Assembly: GCA_963718915.1 (NCBI GenBank)
Contig: CAVRAI010000013.1
Location: forward strand, 390,001-422,000
DNA: 32,000 nucleotides
From: an uncultured Chloroflexia bacterium
Lineage (GTDB): Bacteria; Chloroflexota; Ktedonobacteria; Ktedonobacterales; JADMIN01
Direction: 5' to 3'
A program made the translations under genes and the position numbers. Positions 19,005 to 28,311 of the stretch are shown here, piece after piece (position 1 is the stretch's first letter; every line of letters starts with the position of its first letter). The notes beneath the pieces were generated by a model, which saw only the letters and a program-made list of their open reading frames with translations, had not been told where the DNA came from and ran no database searches.

Positions 19005-19149
19005 CGCTGTGCCCCATGCTGTCTACTAGCCGCCAACCGTCCATGGTGGCGCGAAACGTTCATGAGAGATGGGACAGTATATCACCTGGCAATTTCACCT
19101 ACCGGACGCGCAAATGTATCATGGCGTACCAGAGGCATATTCTCCTGGC

Positions 19150-20592
19150 CTAGACCTTCTGGTGCGCCTGTTTGGCGACATCGCCCGAGTAGATGCGCGC
19201 GCCAAAGAACGCGGCAATCGCGGCAATCGCCAGACACGGCAGACCGACGATCAGCAGCGCTATATTCGCGTGTTCATGGAGCGCGGTCGAGATGCCGCCA
19301 ACGAGATATGGCGCCCAGACATCGCCAAGCAGGTGCGCCAGCGAGAGTGCGACGGCGAAGGCCGTTGCCCGGAGCAGTGGCGGCGTGGCGTCGGTCAGCG
19401 CGGCGACCAGCGGCCCGACCGGCAGATTCAGCGCCATCACCGCGATGATGCCAAACAGGATAAAGGCTAGCAGCGAGGACGTCAGGAGCGCCAGCGCGTA
19501 GAACGGGATTGCCAGTCCGAAGCCGACCGAAACCGCCAGCACTCGTCCGCCATGGAAGCGCGCGCTCATCTTGTCGGCCAGCACGCCGCCCAGGAGTATG
19601 CCACTCACACCGCCGACGACGATAATCGCTCCGGCCACCAGCGCGGTCGTGTTTGACTTGAGGTGGAATGGGCCATTCGCCGAATGGACATAGATCGGCA
19701 GGAAGGTAATCGCGGGCGTCACAACAATGAACATCAGCGCCTGGAGCGCGACAACGACCCAGACGGTGCGGATGCGTAACACCGTACCCACCGACTTCAT
19801 CATCGCGTCGAAGCCACCGGAGAGGCTGAGCGCGGCGCCATGGGCATCGACGACGTGTCCTGCCTCTTCACCTCCGGACTCCGCGTCGTTTTCGACCGAG
19901 ACATCTGGATGATCCTTTACGAACCAGATGAAGAGCGCCAGAATCAAACCTGGTATGCCCGTTATGAAGAAGGCAATACGCCACGGCTCTCTGGCTGGAT
20001 CCATGATCGAGTCGAGCAGTGCGACGATAGCGAAGGCAAGCACCATGCCGACGAGCTGGCCTGACTGCCAGCCACTCATGATGCGCGCGCGCTTCTTCAG
20101 CGGATAGTACGAGCCCAGCAGCGCCGACCCAGCCGGATAGTAGCTGGCCTCACCCACACCGACCATTGCCCGCGTGAGAAAAAGCAGCGGGAAGCTGCGC
20201 ACGAACGCAGTCGCGGCGCTCATCAAGCTCCAGAGCGAGACGCCAAACGTGATGACGCGTGTTCGCGAGAAACGGTCGGCAAGCAACCCACAGGGCAGTG
20301 CGGCAACCGCATAGACCAGGATGAAGGCGCTACTCAAGATACCAATCTGGCTGTCGCGCAGGTTGAAATCCGCCTTCAAGGCTGGACCAACCGCGACGAC
20401 GATCAGCCGGTCGAGGTAGTTGACGGCGTTTATGGCAAACATGAGCCAGAAGACCACCGTCGCGTTCCGCATCCATTTCTTGCGCGCCAAAGCGCCAGAT
20501 GCTTTTCGTGCAGGGGCCGACTCACTCGCTTCTGGAGCATCTCTGGCTGTATCATCCTGGCGATCTTCGATCACGTGGTCCTCTCTCCCCAA
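19150..20592 (-). CDS. MFS transporter
   Basis: About 12 TM helices, with the MFS loop motif LPCGLLADRFSRTRV (G-x-L-x-D-R-x-x-R). The ORF start at 20592 is a TTG directly abutting GGAGG. GTG 20574 or ATG 20472 (MRNATVVFWLMF) are plausible true starts. Confidence 0.85.
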   Translation of the reverse strand: MGREDHVIEDRQDDTARDAPEASESAPARKASGALARKKWMRNATVVFWLMFAINAVNYLDRLIVVAVGPALKADFNLRDSQIGILSSAFILVYAVAALPCGLLADRFSRTRVITFGVSLWSLMSAATAFVRSFPLLFLTRAMVGVGEASYYPAGSALLGSYYPLKKRARIMSGWQSGQLVGMVLAFAIVALLDSIMDPAREPWRIAFFITGIPGLILALFIWFVKDHPDVSVENDAESGGEEAGHVVDAHGAALSLSGGFDAMMKSVGTVLRIRTVWVVVALQALMFIVVTPAITFLPIYVHSANGPFHLKSNTTALVAGAIIVVGGVSGILLGGVLADKMSARFHGGRVLAVSVGFGLAIPFYALALLTSSLLAFILFGIIAVMALNLPVGPLVAALTDATPPLLRATAFAVALSLAHLLGDVWAPYLVGGISTALHEHANIALLIVGLPCLAIAAIAAFFGARIYSGDVAKQAHQKV

Positions 20593-21398
20593 CCTCCGGT
20601 GGCCATCCTGGCCGCTCCCATCCTCCGATGGTAGAGTGTCCTGTTCGACTATATCACCCCGAACAGGCTGATCCGCTACGCAGTACTACCTAAAAATCGG
20701 GCTGAGAACCACTGCCTTCAGGTCTGATGTAGGCATGGGGATGACAGCCCAGTCGCCTGTCAGGGCGACGAACGACCTCTCTGCTTGACAGAATAGGGCT
20801 TTAGCCCGCCGCAAGCCACGCCGTTTCAACGGCAGTGGTAAGGCGTGTGTGGCTTCAGCCGAATATCCTATCCGCATTGCCGTTTCTGCCTGCTTGTGCG
20901 AACATATATCTGTAGGCATTTTGCACCTCACCAATCACATAACCATGTTTGGCGGTTCCGCAGTAAATCGTTCCTGCGGGTAAAAGCATCAACGTATTTT
21001 GGACGTGGCGCCATGCGCTTGAGCCAGAGTTTATTGAGCAGTGCTCGCCTGGCGATGCATGCAACGCCTTTCGGGGCCGGGCAGGCCCTTCGGAGGCTAA
21101 CGTGATGGGTTGCCATGTGCGTTCTCCGAGAATCCATCGGGCTTTAGCCCGTGTGGAGTGTCAAGACTCACCTCCCGCATGCTATCCTCGGTCATGAACG
21201 GCATGACGGGGCGCCGCCAGCGCGTAAATGATCGGTCCTCGCGGGGGGATACCGTTCTCCGATGCCCGCGCCGAGAGGAACATTCAGCAAGAATGTTAGG
21301 TCGCGAGAAGCCCCAGCCTTCCGGCCAGGGGAGTTGTCACCTAAACTCAGTATAGTGCGACACAGTTACAACATCGTTACGATAATGCCGCGACAATG

Positions 21399-22331
21399 CT
21401 ACGATTTAGCGGTTCGTACCACCGCCAATCGATCCCAGCCCGCGTAGTCCGCGACGATACGTATGTCAGCCACGGGGAAAGTTGTCCGCGCCAGCGCCAC
21501 AACCGCCGCCCGCTGATCGTAGCCGAATTCCAGCAGGATCGTGGCACCCGGCTTCACTCGTCCGGGCGTCTGGGCAAAGAACCTGCGGAGATGCCCCAGC
21601 CCGTCGTCACCACCATAGAGCGCAAGCGACGGCTCATAGCGGCGCACATCATCGGAGAGCGTCGGCGCGTCACGCGGGGCCACATAGGGCAGATTTGCGA
21701 GCAGAACATCCACTGGCTCAGGCAGCGGCAGCAACAGATCGCCCTCCAGAAAGCGTATACGCTCCATCACGCCCAGTCGTTGCGCATTCTCGCACGCCAG
21801 CGCCAGCGCGTCAGCGGAGATATCGGTGGCATAGATCGTTGCCAGTCGAGGCTCAAGCCGTCCCAGCGCCACAGCAATGGCGCCACTACCGGCGCCGATA
21901 TCGGCCACGACAGGCGCGGGCGACGTCGGCCTTGCCAGTCGGGCGCGTACCTCCGCCAGCGCCGCCTCTACCAGCAACTCCGTCTCTGGTCGGGGGATCA
22001 GCGCGCGCGCATCGGTCAGGAAGTCCAGCCCCATGAACTCGCGGTGTCCGATCAAATATGCCACCGGTTCGTGCGCTACCCTCCTCGTGACCAGCGCCGC
22101 ATAACGCTCCGCATCTTCGGGCGCAAGCGGACGTTCTGGGTAGGCCAGGATCGTCGTCCGCGCGAGGCCGGTGACGTGCGCCAGTAAGAGTTGCGCATCA
22201 AGCGCCGCGCTCTCACTGTCTGGCACGGCGCGAAGCCAATGCTCCGCTACGGCCAGCGCCTCACCCAGCGTGCGCGCCTGGGCCAGCGCCGCGCCTGATA
22301 GATCATTTGGCTGCGATGGTGTTGCACCCAT
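21399..22331 (-). CDS. prmC: Release-factor glutamine N5-methyltransferase (HemK/PrmC family)
   Basis: LIPRPETELLVE, the SAM motif VADIGAGSGAIAVAL and the substrate motif LLANLPYV (NLPY where NPPY is canonical). The HemK-type N-terminal helical domain (DAQLLLAHVTG) is present. Confidence 0.85.
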   Translation of the reverse strand: MGATPSQPNDLSGAALAQARTLGEALAVAEHWLRAVPDSESAALDAQLLLAHVTGLARTTILAYPERPLAPEDAERYAALVTRRVAHEPVAYLIGHREFMGLDFLTDARALIPRPETELLVEAALAEVRARLARPTSPAPVVADIGAGSGAIAVALGRLEPRLATIYATDISADALALACENAQRLGVMERIRFLEGDLLLPLPEPVDVLLANLPYVAPRDAPTLSDDVRRYEPSLALYGGDDGLGHLRRFFAQTPGRVKPGATILLEFGYDQRAAVVALARTTFPVADIRIVADYAGWDRLAVVRTAKS

Positions 22332-22354
22332 GAACTGTTTCCCTGACCCTATGC

Positions 22355-25069
22355 TTAGAAATGGTAGGTCACCGTCTGGTTCTGTGTCAGCGGACCAGCG
22401 AAGACCAGCGTGGCGTTGTCGAGCAACGCGGCAAACGCGGTGGCGCGCGCCTCGGACGTGGCGCCTCGAATCGTCTCATCAGGCGTGTTTCCAAGCGCGC
22501 CGGACCAGCCCGTTCGCAACAGGCTCGCATCGACATAGACCGCGAGTGACTGCGGATTGCCCGCCTGACGCTCGACGACTTCAGTATACGCGACATGGCC
22601 GTCCGCGCGCACCGTAAACGCCTGCGGTGTATACCAGGAGATGTAGATGGTCTGGCTATGCGCCCGCGGCTCCGTCTCGCAGTTTTGATACTCGGGGCCG
22701 GTTCCAGGAAAGGCGCTATACCTGCCGCAGAGCAGAAGCAGCGCCCCTCCGACCATAGTACGCCCTGGCACGTCCGAGGTCGTCACCGGGTTGATGATGG
22801 CATATTTCGGCGAGCAGTCAGAGATGAGCGAGCCATAGCCGGGCACGCCTGAGCCGCTACAGCCCACCGGCGTGAATGTGTTGGGGTTGTAGCCCGCCAT
22901 ACCCAGGATCGTCGCGTCGCCGGGCAGATAGGTGCGCTGGAAATCGCTGTAGTCGTCCTGGCGTGTGGTTCCCGGAAAGACGCTATGCCTCCCTTTATCG
23001 TATGTTACCGTGATTTGCAGATGGTGAATCGCGCCGCCGTCGGGCAGGAGTGTCACTACGTCGGTTTGCCGCTCGGTGACATAGGCGTTTGCCTTATTCC
23101 CGCCATCATTCGCGTCCACCACCATGAAGCCATCGCCGCCCATGTGTATCTCGGAGGCAACCCCAAGCTGACTCAGCACAGATTCGGCGCGTGGGTCGGC
23201 AAAGTAGACCTGCAAATCCTTGCTCATGAGCGCGTCCTGCCCAGCTTTGATGAGCGCTTTGAGTCCGTCGCCATGCAGCGCCTTAAGCCGGTCCAGCATG
23301 GCCATGGAAAGCTGATGAGTAAATGCCTTGCGGTCACCTTGCTGGGGCTTGGCGTCGGTCAGTTGATATTTGTGGATCATGTCCTCGAGATTGGTCGCGT
23401 TCACCGTCACATTGAACTGAGGAACAAGGATCGGGCCGGTGATGGTCAGTATGGTTTTGATGAATCCAGGCGTAAAGGCGATTACCCCCTGCAACGGCGC
23501 CTTATTGGGGATTGCGCCATTCACCGCATCGACGATCCGCATCATTGCCTGCGCGTTCGCGGGGAAACTCGCCGACAGATTGGCGTCGCGCAGCCCCCAT
23601 CCATATTTGCAGGTGGGGTCGAAGGCGCGAAATGGCCACCACCAGTAGACCGCGGGCGGCTGTGGACCCAGCGACTCACACCCCTTCACTGCTGTGACGG
23701 ACGGCACGTGTTGGTGAAGGCGGTACGGTTCGAGCGCACTCTGATAATACTTCTGATCGAGCGCATAGGTGTCATTCAGCACCAGCGGCATGCTCTTTAT
23801 TTCCTGGCCGCCTGCCAGCCCCAGGATGCCATAGTTGCCGATGAAACCACCGCCGGGTCGCAACTCCGTCGAGTCCATTGCCGCGATCAGATAGTAGGCG
23901 GGCTGGCCGATCCCCAGCAGGGCAGGAGCAGCGTCGAGCAACGTCTTCATCGTAGCGGCAGCGCTCAGGATGGTCGGCAGCGATGCCAGCAACTTGCCAA
24001 CAGTGGCGGGCGGCTTGAACTGGTCGGGCAATGCCCGCTGGTCGACCTGTAGATAAGCCTGGTATGCATCGAGCAGATTCGTGCGAGCATCCGCCAGCGC
24101 CCCCTGCGCCTGCTGGATGTCGTCGGAGGAAATGCCAGCGGTTACAGCGTTCCCCTGGGCCGGTTCCAGAATAGTCTGGGCAAACTCCATACCGCCTTGG
24201 GCAGCCGTCGTTAGATCAAGCCCGATACGCGTCAGCAGCTGGTAGTTCCGCACACTGGAGCCAACCGTTCCCAGTGGCGTGCCCATCACGCTCATCACGC
24301 CGTTGATCTCGTAGAGGTCTTGCCGTATATCGGCAATCTGAAGCCGCGCCTCTTGTAACTTGCCAGCGTTCGCCAGCTCAGTGGGATCACCCGCGACCAA
24401 CTCGCTCAGGGCGGAGACGCGGCGCGAGACATCGACGGCGTCGTACCCCAGGCGCAGGAGCGGAATCAGGGGAGCAAGACAGGTGAGCACAAAGCCGAGC
24501 AGCAGAATCGCGAGCACAGCCGCCGCTGCCGGTCGCCGACGCGCCAACGAGAGCACACGTCCGGGCCGCTCACCCAGCGTATGCTCGCTACCGAGATGGG
24601 CCAGCGTCCCCAGCGAGCTGACGAAGATCCCCTGGTTGATGCGCTGGTGGCCATCGCGCGCGCGAGACGCCGACACATCCTTGTCGGTGGGAACATCCGG
24701 CGAGAGCGCGGTAAGACGAAACCCGGTGTCCCATCCATTATCCCATACGTCCTCGCTCAGTTCGGCGTCGTGGACATCGCCGTTCAGGCCATCGTCATCT
24801 CTGTGGTCAGGAGGGATCAACGGGCGCGTAGCAGCTCTTGCGCCACCTGCATCTGGTGATGCGGCGGCTCTGCCACGGCGCTCTCGCCGACATGACCATT
24901 CTGTGAAACGCTTGCGCCATCGACGTTTCCAGGAGTACTCTCGGCAGCCCTGGCGGTGGTCTTCGCGTTTGGGATCGCCTGCGCCTGGTTGTTCGATGCG
25001 CTCACGCCGCTTCCGGTGACCCCGCCGCTTCTTGCCCGAGCGCCGCGCGGACGCGATTCGGTCACTCAT
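22355..25069 (-). CDS. Large (904 aa) single-pass membrane protein with a DUF4012-like extracytoplasmic domain
   Basis: Basic N-terminus (SGKKRRGHRKRRER), a TM helix (AAAVLAILLLGFVLTCLAPLIPLL), then YYLIAAMDSTELRPGGGFIGNYGILGL. That segment matches the (N)xxELRxxGGxIGxY core I recall for DUF4012. The ATG at 25069 is preceded by GAGG. Confidence 0.75.
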   Translation of the reverse strand: MSDRIASARRSGKKRRGHRKRRERIEQPGAGDPKREDHRQGCREYSWKRRWRKRFTEWSCRRERRGRAAASPDAGGARAATRPLIPPDHRDDDGLNGDVHDAELSEDVWDNGWDTGFRLTALSPDVPTDKDVSASRARDGHQRINQGIFVSSLGTLAHLGSEHTLGERPGRVLSLARRRPAAAAVLAILLLGFVLTCLAPLIPLLRLGYDAVDVSRRVSALSELVAGDPTELANAGKLQEARLQIADIRQDLYEINGVMSVMGTPLGTVGSSVRNYQLLTRIGLDLTTAAQGGMEFAQTILEPAQGNAVTAGISSDDIQQAQGALADARTNLLDAYQAYLQVDQRALPDQFKPPATVGKLLASLPTILSAAATMKTLLDAAPALLGIGQPAYYLIAAMDSTELRPGGGFIGNYGILGLAGGQEIKSMPLVLNDTYALDQKYYQSALEPYRLHQHVPSVTAVKGCESLGPQPPAVYWWWPFRAFDPTCKYGWGLRDANLSASFPANAQAMMRIVDAVNGAIPNKAPLQGVIAFTPGFIKTILTITGPILVPQFNVTVNATNLEDMIHKYQLTDAKPQQGDRKAFTHQLSMAMLDRLKALHGDGLKALIKAGQDALMSKDLQVYFADPRAESVLSQLGVASEIHMGGDGFMVVDANDGGNKANAYVTERQTDVVTLLPDGGAIHHLQITVTYDKGRHSVFPGTTRQDDYSDFQRTYLPGDATILGMAGYNPNTFTPVGCSGSGVPGYGSLISDCSPKYAIINPVTTSDVPGRTMVGGALLLLCGRYSAFPGTGPEYQNCETEPRAHSQTIYISWYTPQAFTVRADGHVAYTEVVERQAGNPQSLAVYVDASLLRTGWSGALGNTPDETIRGATSEARATAFAALLDNATLVFAGPLTQNQTVTYHF

Positions 25070-25089
25070 CCGCGTGCCTCAAATCCCGC

Positions 25090-25632
25090 CTATGATGCGT
25101 GGGGTAACAGGTGCAGCCTCGCGCCCTGGTTATCCGTCTGCACGAAGTGCGCTGGCGCTCCAAGAACCATCATCTTCTTGACGCCAGTGATCTTCATCTC
25201 CTCGCCCGGCGTGCGTGTCGTGACATAGCGCTGCACCATCAGCCCCAGCGGCCGGGAAAGCACGATTGCCGCAGTCGTCGCCAGCACGATATTGTTGAAG
25301 CTGTTGTACGGCTTGCGCAGCCGCGCCACCGTCATTGCTGACAGCCCGGTCAGCATACCGGCGACGGCCAGATTGGTGCCACAGCGCTCGTGAATGGCCA
25401 TCTCAGGTTCGCCGCCGCGCAGCCGGGCCAGCGCCTGCTCAGCCATCGGCCGTATCATATCGGTCGGCAGGTCACCAAAGACGAAAAAACCGGTGGCAAA
25501 AGAGATACCGGAGAGACGAGCCTCCGGGAAACGCTTGCTCAACAACACGATTGTGGCATGCTCGAGCGCGTGATTCTCGCGCACGGCCCCGCCCAGCGTC
25601 ACCTGCTGAACGACCTGCTCTACCGGATTCAT
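25090..25632 (-). CDS. Conserved hypothetical small protein with HxxEH and HERCGT motifs and two hydrophobic segments
   Basis: The start is taken at ATG 25632 (MNPVEQV...), with GAGAGGA upstream; the ORF can extend to GTG 25686. Motifs are ENHALEHATIVLL and MAIHERCGTNLAVAGMLTGL. The stop is 21 nt before the DUF4012 gene start, so the two are probably co-transcribed. Confidence 0.6.
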   Translation of the reverse strand: MNPVEQVVQQVTLGGAVRENHALEHATIVLLSKRFPEARLSGISFATGFFVFGDLPTDMIRPMAEQALARLRGGEPEMAIHERCGTNLAVAGMLTGLSAMTVARLRKPYNSFNNIVLATTAAIVLSRPLGLMVQRYVTTRTPGEEMKITGVKKMMVLGAPAHFVQTDNQGARLHLLPHAS

Positions 25633-26058
25633 CGATTGGTTGTCCTCTCTGCTCACGATGTCCTGACGCGCATCCTCCAGATTCACCTCTCCATTCTCGC
25701 TATTATCGCATGTGAGCGGGCATGGCGTCTGTAGGTGAACAGCCAGTCTGAAGATTTCGTGTTACGGCGTGTTGTTCGCTTTGATGCAACATCTGCCACG
25801 TTTCCTGGCGTCAAATATGCGAGATGCACCCAACGTTGCGCATCATTCGTAGATAGGACGAGTGGAGTCGCGCTCCAGTCAACCCGGCGAGGGTATCGAG
25901 GCAGCCGAGTACCACCTTCGTTACCCAAACTTGTGGTGTGACGTTGTAACCGATATTCGTACACAATTTCCAGATACTGACGCACATGAGCGTGCATTTC
26001 AGCGCTGAATCACTGCAAGGCCTGAGCGAACATCTGGCCAGGACGATGGGTTCGGCGC

Positions 26059-26754
26059 GTGGTTACAGGCATGAGGAACATTTCTTCGGTGCGTGAGGTA
26101 TTTCCCGGCACACGCCGCTATACACAACATACGATCTATGAACTGGCGGAGACGATTCGCGCCCGCGACATCGTCACGTATGAGCATTGCCGCCGTGTCG
26201 CCATCTATGCCAATCGCCTGGCCCGTCACATGGGCTGGCATCGTCGCGCCGCCCGCGAACTGGCGCTCGCCGGACTGATTCATGACCTCGGCAAGACATG
26301 GGTGCAGAATAGCGTCCTACACAAACCCACCGCACTCTCGCAGGATGAGTGGCTGGAGATGCAGCGGCACCCGACGATAGCGGCGCGTATTCTGATGACG
26401 TATGACGTGCCCGACGATCTGATCGAGATTGTGCTGCATCACCATGAGGCCTACGACGGCCGTGGCTATCCCGACCATCTTGTGGGTGAGGCGATTCCGC
26501 TGGGGGCGCGCCTGCTCACAGTCGCCGATGTCTTCGACGCCCTCACCTCCGCGCGCTCCTACAAGGAGCCGCTTCCGCTCCAGGACGTTCGCGAGCGCAT
26601 CGATCGGAGCGCGGGCATTCTGTTCGACCCAGCCGTCGTCGAAGCGTTCATTGAGATGCTCGACAGCACGCCCGATTTCCTGTTGCCCAGCCGCGCCGTC
26701 CCAGCGCCGGTAGAACCGATTCCCGGCTGGGACAATCACGACACGATTGAATAG
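26059..26754 (+). CDS. Stand-alone HD-GYP domain protein (putative cyclic-dinucleotide phosphodiesterase)
   Basis: HCRRVAIYANRLA...LAGLIHDLGK...HHHEAYDGRGYPDHL...ADVFDALTSARSYK contains the HD and GYP signatures. The start is GTG 26059 or ATG 26071. Confidence 0.85.
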   Translation: MVTGMRNISSVREVFPGTRRYTQHTIYELAETIRARDIVTYEHCRRVAIYANRLARHMGWHRRAARELALAGLIHDLGKTWVQNSVLHKPTALSQDEWLEMQRHPTIAARILMTYDVPDDLIEIVLHHHEAYDGRGYPDHLVGEAIPLGARLLTVADVFDALTSARSYKEPLPLQDVRERIDRSAGILFDPAVVEAFIEMLDSTPDFLLPSRAVPAPVEPIPGWDNHDTIE

Positions 26755-26947
26755 TCGCCCTTTCACCCAAGCCGCGCCCGCATGGCAGCGCCTCATGTGG
26801 CTGTAATGAATGCTCCCATTCACACGTCTTCTCACACGAACGCATTTCCCGGCGCGAGGATCAGCAGTGTCACATTTCACCATGGCATGGTAGTGTATAG
26901 AGCGAACAGCGACGATATGGCAGCGCGCAGAGCGGAAAGGGTAGCAC

Positions 26948-27950
26948 ATGCAGGGGCAGCAGGCGGATCGTCTCAGCGCGGACCAGATGGTTGACCGCGT
27001 CCATGCGGTGGCCGAGGCGGCTCGCGCAATCCGCGCGAATATCGGCAAAGTCATCGTCGGCAAGGATGGCGCCGCCAACCTGCTGCTGATCGCGCTGCTC
27101 GGCGAGGGCCACATCCTCATCGAAGACGTGCCCGGCATGGGCAAGACGCTGATGGCGCGGGCGCTGGCCCGCTCGCTCGATTGCTCTTTCGCGCGCATCC
27201 AGGGTACGGCTGATCTGTTGCCTGGAGACGTGACGGGCGTGAGTTATTTCAATCAGAAGCTCAACGAGTTCGAGTTCCGCGCCGGACCCATCTTCGCCTC
27301 GATTGTGCTGGCCGACGAGATCAACCGCGCCACCCCGCGCACGCAGTCCGCGCTGCTCGAAGCGATGCAAGAGCGGCAGGTGACGGTGGACGGCAAGACG
27401 ATGCCGCTGCCACATCCGTTCATGCTCATCGCCACGCAGAACCCCATCGAGCTTGAGGGCACGTTCCCGCTGCCCGAGGCGCAGCTCGACCGCTTCCTGC
27501 TGCGCATGCGCATCGATTATCCCGGCGCGGATGATGAGCGCGCGATGCTCTACCGCTTCCAGGAGGCGCAGCCGCTTGAAACGCTAGCTCCCGTGCTGAC
27601 AGGTGACGACATTGCTGGCGCTCACGCCGACGGTGCGGGCGGTGCAGGTCTCTGAGCCGATTGCCAACTACCTGCTGGCCATCGTCCGCGCGACCCGCGA
27701 GCATCCGGCCTTCGAGCTAGGAGCCAGTCCACGCGCCGCGCTGGCGCTCTTCCGCGCCTGCCAGTCGCTGGCGGCGCTCTCCGGGCGTCCGTTCGTCCTG
27801 CCCGACGACGTGAAGCAGCTCGCCCAGCCAGTGCTGGCCCATCGCCTCGTCGTGACGGCGCAGAGCCGCCTGCACGGCCAGGACGCGGGGCAGATCCTCG
27901 ACGAGATTCTGGAGCGCACGCCCGTCCCGGTGGAGCGGATGGCGGGGTAA
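26948..27950 (+). pseudogene. moxR: MoxR-family AAA+ ATPase, split by one frameshift as sequenced
   Basis: Walker A is EDVPGMGKT, Walker B is VLADEINRA, followed by [34 protein letters not shown] and the C-terminal lid GASPRAALAL...PDDVKQLAQPVLAHRL. The N-terminal 235-aa ORF (26948-27655) and the C-terminal ORF (27603-27950) join naturally as ...PVLTGDDI|[15 protein letters not shown]..., with a 1-nt (or 2-nt) indel at about 27610-27614. Confidence 0.85.
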
Positions 27951-27982
27951 GAGGCGGGCGGACCCCTCCCGGCCTTCGGCCA

Positions 27983-28003
27983 CCCTCCCCTGCGAGGGGA
28001 GGG
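27983..28003. repeat. GC-rich perfect hairpin downstream of moxR
   Basis: CCCTCCCC-tgcga-GGGGAGGG, an 8-bp stem with no U-tract. It could be a stabiliser, a Rho-independent-like stop or part of the repeat cluster. Confidence 0.4.
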
Positions 28004-28033
28004 ACTGGGCGACCATTGCGGCGATGGGAGGCT

Positions 28034-28199
28034 GGCGGTTAAAACCGCGCCTGAAGGGCCTCGCTCCGCTTGGCCACAAAGCCTGCCTTCGCAGGCTCCC
28101 AGACGATGCCTCATTGCGCGCACGTTGGCGCGATGTTCCGTGAAACCCGCGCAGGCGGGTTTTGTGGCCGCAGGCCCTTCAGGCGCGGTTTTAACCGCC
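28034..28199. repeat. 166-bp composite palindrome: two head-to-head copies of a ~60-nt repeat unit with 28-bp perfect terminal inverted repeats (MITE-like)
   Basis: GGCGGTTAAAACCGCGCCTGAAGGGCCT (28034-28061) is the exact reverse complement of 28172-28199. The inner arms GGCCACAAAGCCTGCCTTCGCAGGC (28072-28096) and GGCCACAAAACCCGCCTGCGCGGG (reverse complement of 28146-28169) are imperfect copies. Each unit contains its own small hairpins (GCGGTTAAAACCGC; GCCTGC-cttc-GCAGGC). Confidence 0.85.
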
Positions 28200-28311
28200 C
28201 GCGCTTCCCACATAATGCTCCAGCGCCCGCGACAGAAACACCCTTCCCTTCCCGCCACCGATAGGCTACACTGTGGCTGCAAGCCATCACGCCGAGCCGC
28301 TGGAGGAAACG

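Noticed and set aside
20698-20752. THI-box-like string on the plus strand (GCTGAGA...CAGGTCTGAT...GGCATGGGGA)
   Set aside because: Only the CUGAGA and partial ACCUGAU words match. The 5' GGGGUGC/P2-P3 part and the UAAUGCCAGCG helix are missing. No plus-strand gene lies downstream. The match is probably coincidental.
21396-22187. 263-aa ORF on the plus strand, and the nested ORF 21482-22036
   Set aside because: Both are antisense to prmC, have Arg/Gln/Pro-rich composition and carry no motifs. They are shadow ORFs.
22985-24052. 355-aa ORF on the plus strand
   Set aside because: It is antisense to the DUF4012-like gene, with no start context and no domain signature. It is a shadow ORF.
26317-27415. 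Minus-strand ORFs of 293 aa and 181 aa
   Set aside because: They are antisense to the HD-GYP and moxR genes, which carry clear catalytic motifs in the plus frames. They are shadow ORFs.
28070-28264. 64-aa plus-strand ORF and the overlapping minus-strand ORFs 27668-28321 and 27717-28079
   Set aside because: They are generated by the palindromic repeat units: the shared RPFRRGFNR peptide appears on both strands and again at 29520-29825. There is no RBS, so they are repeat-derived artefacts.
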